A DNA stretch of 64,000 bases from Candidatus Poribacteria bacterium (GTDB lineage Bacteria > Poribacteria > WGA-4E > PCPOR2b), in contig OZ220744.1 of assembly GCA_965116925.1 (NCBI GenBank), forward strand, positions 6,336,001 to 6,400,000, in the 5' to 3' direction. The notes beneath the pieces are model-generated. The model searched no databases and had not been told where the DNA came from. It saw nothing but the letters and a program-made list of their open reading frames with translations. Shown here one piece after another: positions 59,445 to 64,000 of this stretch. Position 1 is the first letter of the stretch; each line of letters begins with the position of its first letter. The position numbers and the translations under genes were made by a program.

Positions 59445-60641
59445 CTATTTCTCCTCGTATAGCCACGCGATCGGACGGATAACCATTTTGCGGTAGCGGG
59501 GCCAGGAGGGTGGATCTGTGGAGGCATCTAGCTGCGGGCCGAAGTCGTAGAGCAGCACAACTTCGTCCTCGAAGAAATGCGCGTTCGGATACGATACATA
59601 TATCATGTCAGCCGGCAGCTCACCGAGTTCTTTTTCGCCGCGAACCATACCGATTTCATTGTCGGGACGAATGCGGTCAGATCTATCCATCGGACCGCCA
59701 ACTTCAAGCGTCTTGAAGTGTCCCCAACTGCCCCCATCATCTGTCGAGATAGCGAGTGACAAGCGTGAGCGGCGAAAACCACGACGGATTTCATCTCCGC
59801 TCACCTGATTCCACACGCAGAGCAGGTCTCCAGTGGTTGGGATGACGCGAAGTCGGCACGGCGAGTATGAACTGGCAAGTGCTGTTGGCTTAGGTAAGGA
59901 CCATGTTAGTCCTTCGTTATCACTGAAACTTTGGTAGAGGCGGCCCAACGTTGTTCGGAACATCATTAGGAGTCGTCCATCGCGGAGTTGTACCGCACCA
60001 GGCTCGTCGCAGGGCCACATTCCGCCGTAACCGTCTTGGTGCCAGATCACGATGTCTTGAGGGCATCGTTTCCAAGTGCCGCCCTCGTTGTCTGAAAAGT
60101 AGACTTGACTCGTGTCAATCTCCGGACCGTGAGCGTGCCCCTCTGTTTTGAAACGCTTTCCTTGAAAGGTGCCGTAGGCACCGGCGTCCTTCAGTTCCGG
60201 AAACGTGCAGGGTGGACAGAACCGCGTGGGTAAAACTAAGCGACCTGACCGGAGTTGAAAGAGTACATCGTGATAGTTACTCGCGGTCTCACCGGGTAGG
60301 TTGATGAGTGTTTCTTCTGACCATGATTCACCTTCGTCGTCGGAGGTGCGAAAGCAGAGTGCATAGCCAGCCAATGTTCCACCGGCTGTGCCGCTAAGGC
60401 GACCGTAGAGGAGACCGATCTTGCCTGACTGCAAACGCCCTAGGCAGGTCGGGGCACCTGTTCCAGTAATAGGTTCGTTGCCGGTCTGAAGCGGTTCACC
60501 CGCCGACCAAGTTCGTCCCCGGTCATTGGAATAGCTAACATTCAATCCCGACCAAACCATCAGCCATCGTCCATCCTTCAGTTTGATCATACCTTCGTGC
60601 GCTCCCGGGGCGCGCCCTTCAAAAACTGTAGAATCTGCCAT
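59445..60641 (-). CDS. BNR/Asp-box sialidase-family protein
   Basis: Five S-x-D-x-G-x-T/S-W Asp boxes. Confidence 0.85.
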   Translation of the reverse strand: MADSTVFEGRAPGAHEGMIKLKDGRWLMVWSGLNVSYSNDRGRTWSAGEPLQTGNEPITGTGAPTCLGRLQSGKIGLLYGRLSGTAGGTLAGYALCFRTSDDEGESWSEETLINLPGETASNYHDVLFQLRSGRLVLPTRFCPPCTFPELKDAGAYGTFQGKRFKTEGHAHGPEIDTSQVYFSDNEGGTWKRCPQDIVIWHQDGYGGMWPCDEPGAVQLRDGRLLMMFRTTLGRLYQSFSDNEGLTWSLPKPTALASSYSPCRLRVIPTTGDLLCVWNQVSGDEIRRGFRRSRLSLAISTDDGGSWGHFKTLEVGGPMDRSDRIRPDNEIGMVRGEKELGELPADMIYVSYPNAHFFEDEVVLLYDFGPQLDASTDPPSWPRYRKMVIRPIAWLYEEK

Positions 60642-60765
60642 TGCTCGTGTCCTTTTCAAAGGTTAAAAATATGATATATTTTTTTTGCAATTTTGTGACA
60701 TAATGTAGGACAATATCATTGTATAATGTTTTAATTTCGCATTCAACAAGATTATATAAAAAAAT

Positions 60766-60857
60766 GGCTCATGTTAAGAAATCGTGCAAAGAAACCGAGT
60801 TTTTCCGAAAAAACTCGGTTTCTCTTCGTATTTTGCACTTTCTTTTGATATGAACCG
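60766..60857. mobile_element. MITE family B copy
   Basis: GGCTCATGTTAAGAAATCGTGCAAAGAAACCGAG ... TTTCTTTTGATATGAACC, flanked by AAAAAAAT on both sides. Confidence 0.78.
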
Positions 60858-60885
60858 AAAAAAATAAGGGATAAACGGAGCCAAC

Positions 60886-61674
60886 ATGATTACCGAGCAA
60901 GAGGTTCAACAGTTTTCCGAGATGGGCGCAGTGACAATCGATACGCCGTTGACGCAACAGGAGCTCTCAGCGGCATCAGCCGTGTTTGATCGCCTGCTTC
61001 CGTTTAGTGAACCGGGGGCAGGAGAAGAACCGCGCTATCGGGTCAGCACAACGTGCACCTTCTATGATCCAGAATTGTTGGACATCATCCAACATCCATT
61101 TTTTGAGGAAGTCGCCAAGCGTGCGCTACGAGCTGATGAGATAAGTTTCTTTCAAACTGCCATCGTGACAACTTATCCATCGCCAAATACTCCCTTCAGC
61201 TTCTACCAACACGTGGATGTCCAATACAGCCTCTCGAATCTTGACGCTACTCCTAGGTATATGGTTTGCACCTTTTTTGTCTGGATAGATGATGTAACGG
61301 CACAACGTGCGCCCTTGATGTATCGTCCCGGCAGCCATCGACTGATAGCTAAATACAGAGAAAACCGACCGGAGCTGAAAGGCAGCGTTCCGCTTGTCGG
61401 AGGTGTTATGTTGGATGGGCTGCCTGCACTTGGTTACGCTGAGGCAATTCCTGTGGTGGCGCGAGCGGGTCAGGCGACCGTCCTGACCACTGCGATGGTG
61501 CACGGCGCATCAACCAATGTGGACATCGTTCCTCGTAAGGCGATGGTTATTACCTTCACGGCGGCGGAGGTAGAGATTGGTCTGCCCCAGAATCAGGCGG
61601 AGACTAAGCGGGCTTATGACCGTGAGTTAAAAAGGCTTCTTCGTCCTGAACGAGCACATATTGTTCCTGCTTGA
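60886..61674 (+). CDS. PhyH-family dioxygenase
   Basis: HVD, RPGSH and MVH...R motifs. Confidence 0.82.
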   Translation: MITEQEVQQFSEMGAVTIDTPLTQQELSAASAVFDRLLPFSEPGAGEEPRYRVSTTCTFYDPELLDIIQHPFFEEVAKRALRADEISFFQTAIVTTYPSPNTPFSFYQHVDVQYSLSNLDATPRYMVCTFFVWIDDVTAQRAPLMYRPGSHRLIAKYRENRPELKGSVPLVGGVMLDGLPALGYAEAIPVVARAGQATVLTTAMVHGASTNVDIVPRKAMVITFTAAEVEIGLPQNQAETKRAYDRELKRLLRPERAHIVPA

Positions 61675-61730
61675 GAGGGAGGAATCTCCGAATCCCAACG
61701 CCAGATAGCCTTAATTTCACCATAACGACT

Positions 61731-61944
61731 AGGGCAATCGCATATAGAAATTTTGCTTGACGGTAGCGCGAATTCGGGTCATTGCATCTGTTTATTTGAC
61801 GCCCGAGGGCACCGAATCCGTTCATTTGGACGTGATTTCACACACTCATTGGAACAACATCTACTGAATTGTTGGACAAATCATACAAAACAAAGGACTG
61901 CCTACGCTATAACCGTTTCAATCGCTTTCACATGCGATTGCCCT
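61731..61944. mobile_element. Putative MITE family D
   Basis: AGGGCAATCGCAT ... ATGCGATTGCCCT 13-bp perfect terminal inverted repeats; flanks CGACT / CGACC. Confidence 0.55.
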
Positions 61945-62271
61945 CGACCTTCATCAAATACAGATGGAAATTTATACGTACTCATGTTATATATGGACAA
62001 AATCAATGATGTGGTGATTTGAATATATACACTGAAAAACACGACACACTGCCATTATCGCCGTCGGTGTCTTTGGAGGTAGATTGAAACCTCTTGTTAA
62101 TTGCGATTCTTGCTGTCTTGTTTACCTCTCTTTTCTGTGCAATTTTTTCACACGCTCGTAAATTTTGCACAATAAATTGCGCGTACTCAGACAGGTTTTA
62201 CAGTTTCCCCCCTTGTGTTTTTGACTCTTCCGAGATTCGCGCTAGTTGGTACAATTCTTGCTTAAAGCCTT

Positions 62272-62333
62272 GTAGTTCGGCGATTTATCGCCGTAGGACA
62301 CCATTTCCAACGCCCGATGAATCGGGCAACTAC
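62272..62333. repeat. Inverted REP-like doublet (REPIN-like)
   Basis: GTAGTTCGGCGATTTATCGCCG ... GCCCGATGAATCGGGCAACTAC. Confidence 0.7.
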
Positions 62334-62418
62334 AGCAGGAGTACCATCAAGGATCTCGTAGAGAACAACGATCGTTGTTCCCTACTGAAGTGCGTAACTC
62401 CTAAGGAGGATAATTAAA

Positions 62419-63489
62419 ATGCCTGAAATTCGAGTTGCCGTTGTTGGTATCGGAAACTGTGCATCTTCTTTGCTCCAAGGTATTGAATACTATCGAGATG
62501 CCAAAGAGGATGAGTTCGTTCCCGGTCTGATGCACGTTAAGTTTGGACCCTACCATGTGAGTGATGTTAAAGTTGTTGCAGCTTTTGATGTAAATAAGAA
62601 CAAGGTCGGGCTGGATGTTGCTGATGCGATTTTTGCCGAAATCAACAATACCATAAAATTCTCAGATGTGCCAAAGACCGGCGTGATTGTTCAGCGTGGT
62701 GCCACGATGGATGGGTTTGCCAAATACTACCATGAGACGGTCGATGAATCGCCGGCTGAAGTCGTTGATGTCGCTGAGATTTTGCGCGAAAGTCAAGCCG
62801 ATATTCTCATCAATTATCTACCTGTTGGCAGCGAGGCAGCAACAAAATGGTATATGGCGCAGGCGTTGGACGCCGGTTGCGCTGTTGTCAATTGTATGCC
62901 TGTATTCATCGCAAAAAATGACGAATGGCGTGCAAAATTTGAAGCCGCAGACTTGCCTATCGTTGGAGACGATATTAAGGCGCAATTCGGAGCCACTATC
63001 GTTCACCGTACGCTAGCAAAATTGATGAGTGACCGCGGCGTGAAACTTGAACGCACCTCTCAATTGAACGTTGGCGGAAATATGGATTTCAAAAACATGC
63101 TGGAAAAAGAGCGGTTGGAATCCAAACGCATCTCCAAGACGGATGCCGTTGTCTCCCAACTCAACCATGAGGTCGCACCGAAAAATGTCTATATCAGTCC
63201 CAGCGATTACGTGCCCTTCCTCGAAGATCGGAAATGGTGCTATCTCTATCTCGAAGGAACCGCATTCGGTGATATTCCCGTCCGGGCTGAATTCAAATCG
63301 GAGATATGGGATTCGCCCAATTCGGCGGGTGTAGCGATTGACGCGATTCGTTGCTGCAAAATTGCACGGGACCGCGGGATCAGCGGTGCCCTTTATGGCC
63401 CAAGTGCTTACTTCATGAAATCACCACCACGTCAATATGCTGACGCCGAAGCCTTGGCGATGGTGGAAGATTTCATCGGCGGTAGATAA
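62419..63489 (+). CDS. ino1: Myo-inositol-1-phosphate synthase
   Basis: [39 protein letters not shown] and WDSPNSAG motifs. Confidence 0.96.
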   Translation: MPEIRVAVVGIGNCASSLLQGIEYYRDAKEDEFVPGLMHVKFGPYHVSDVKVVAAFDVNKNKVGLDVADAIFAEINNTIKFSDVPKTGVIVQRGATMDGFAKYYHETVDESPAEVVDVAEILRESQADILINYLPVGSEAATKWYMAQALDAGCAVVNCMPVFIAKNDEWRAKFEAADLPIVGDDIKAQFGATIVHRTLAKLMSDRGVKLERTSQLNVGGNMDFKNMLEKERLESKRISKTDAVVSQLNHEVAPKNVYISPSDYVPFLEDRKWCYLYLEGTAFGDIPVRAEFKSEIWDSPNSAGVAIDAIRCCKIARDRGISGALYGPSAYFMKSPPRQYADAEALAMVEDFIGGR

Positions 63490-63600
63490 GGGATAGCATA
63501 GGGAACGCAGATCTGCGTTCCCTACTTGCAGTCGAATCCATGGGAAAGCATAGCCATATTTTGCTTTCCCATTTTTATTATTTTGGTAAAGGAGTACGAG

Positions 63601-63950
63601 ATGCCACATTTTCGCGCCATTCACACGATTAAACTAAAGCCGCATGTTGAACGCGAACAGTTTGAGGATTTTATGCTACATCAATTTCTACCTACAGTTC
63701 GAGCGCTGCCTAACTGTCTGAATGTCGAGCTACTCAAAGGGTACAGTGGAGATCTTGCCGGCTTCGCACAATCCGGCACAATTATATCTGGATGACGCTC
63801 TGGGAAAGTGTGGAGGCGAATAACGCTGTTTGGTCAAGAGAAGGCGTCCACCGCACACCGGACGAAATATTGGAAATTAACGCCAAACTCCATCATTATG
63901 CGGCGAACTATTCGCTAGTCGGCGGGTTTACCGTAGAAGCAACGGTCTAG
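63601..63950 (+). pseudogene. Small ABM/dimeric alpha-beta barrel-like gene with a 1-nt frameshift near 63775
   Basis: AAGGAG + ATG 63601 (MPHFRAIHTIKLKP...ELLKGYSGD). Another frame continues NYIWMTLWESVEANNAVWS...EATV* to 63950. Confidence 0.65.
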
Positions 63951-64000
63951 GTCATGAATCCACAATGAGATTTGGGTTATTCTTAGATCCAGTCCTGCAA

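Noticed and set aside
1..64000. Numerous short antisense or overlapping ORFs in the track (e.g. 9940-10506, 15924-16484, 48190-48669, 56564-57130)
   Set aside because: They are shadows of well-supported genes, with no family motifs or convincing SD.

Overview
Bacterial chromosomal window with about 50 CDS and no recognisable rRNA, tRNA or CRISPR array. Its content is typical of Candidatus Poribacteria or a similar lineage (inferred, not database-verified): secreted Kelch paralogs ending in 'V-x-P-x-x-K-L-A-T-x-W-G-x-I-K', four PhyH dioxygenases, HEAT proteins, a sialidase, enolases and an ECF sigma factor with a C-terminal fusion. Housekeeping genes are CIRCE-hrcA-grpE-dnaK-dnaJ-prmA, a 2-oxoacid:ferredoxin oxidoreductase alpha/beta pair, hisC, mutS2, pyk, rpiA and ino1. 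There is also a BrnTA toxin-antitoxin pair. Most notable: (1) an ECF sigma factor fused in frame to a complete PurC, with a strong internal Shine-Dalgarno (SD) + ATG at the junction; (2) two nuclease-like genes (a canonical Rpn and an uncharacterised repeat-tailed family) with the same internal SD + ATG gene-within-gene layout; (3) at least three families of miniature inverted-repeat elements with TA, 8-bp and 9-bp target duplications, carrying interchangeable GTAG/REP-like hairpin cargo and nesting in each other; (4) a Kelch tandem array with a putative C-terminal sorting motif and a collapsed fourth copy; (5) two single-base frameshifts (ggt and an ABM-like gene).
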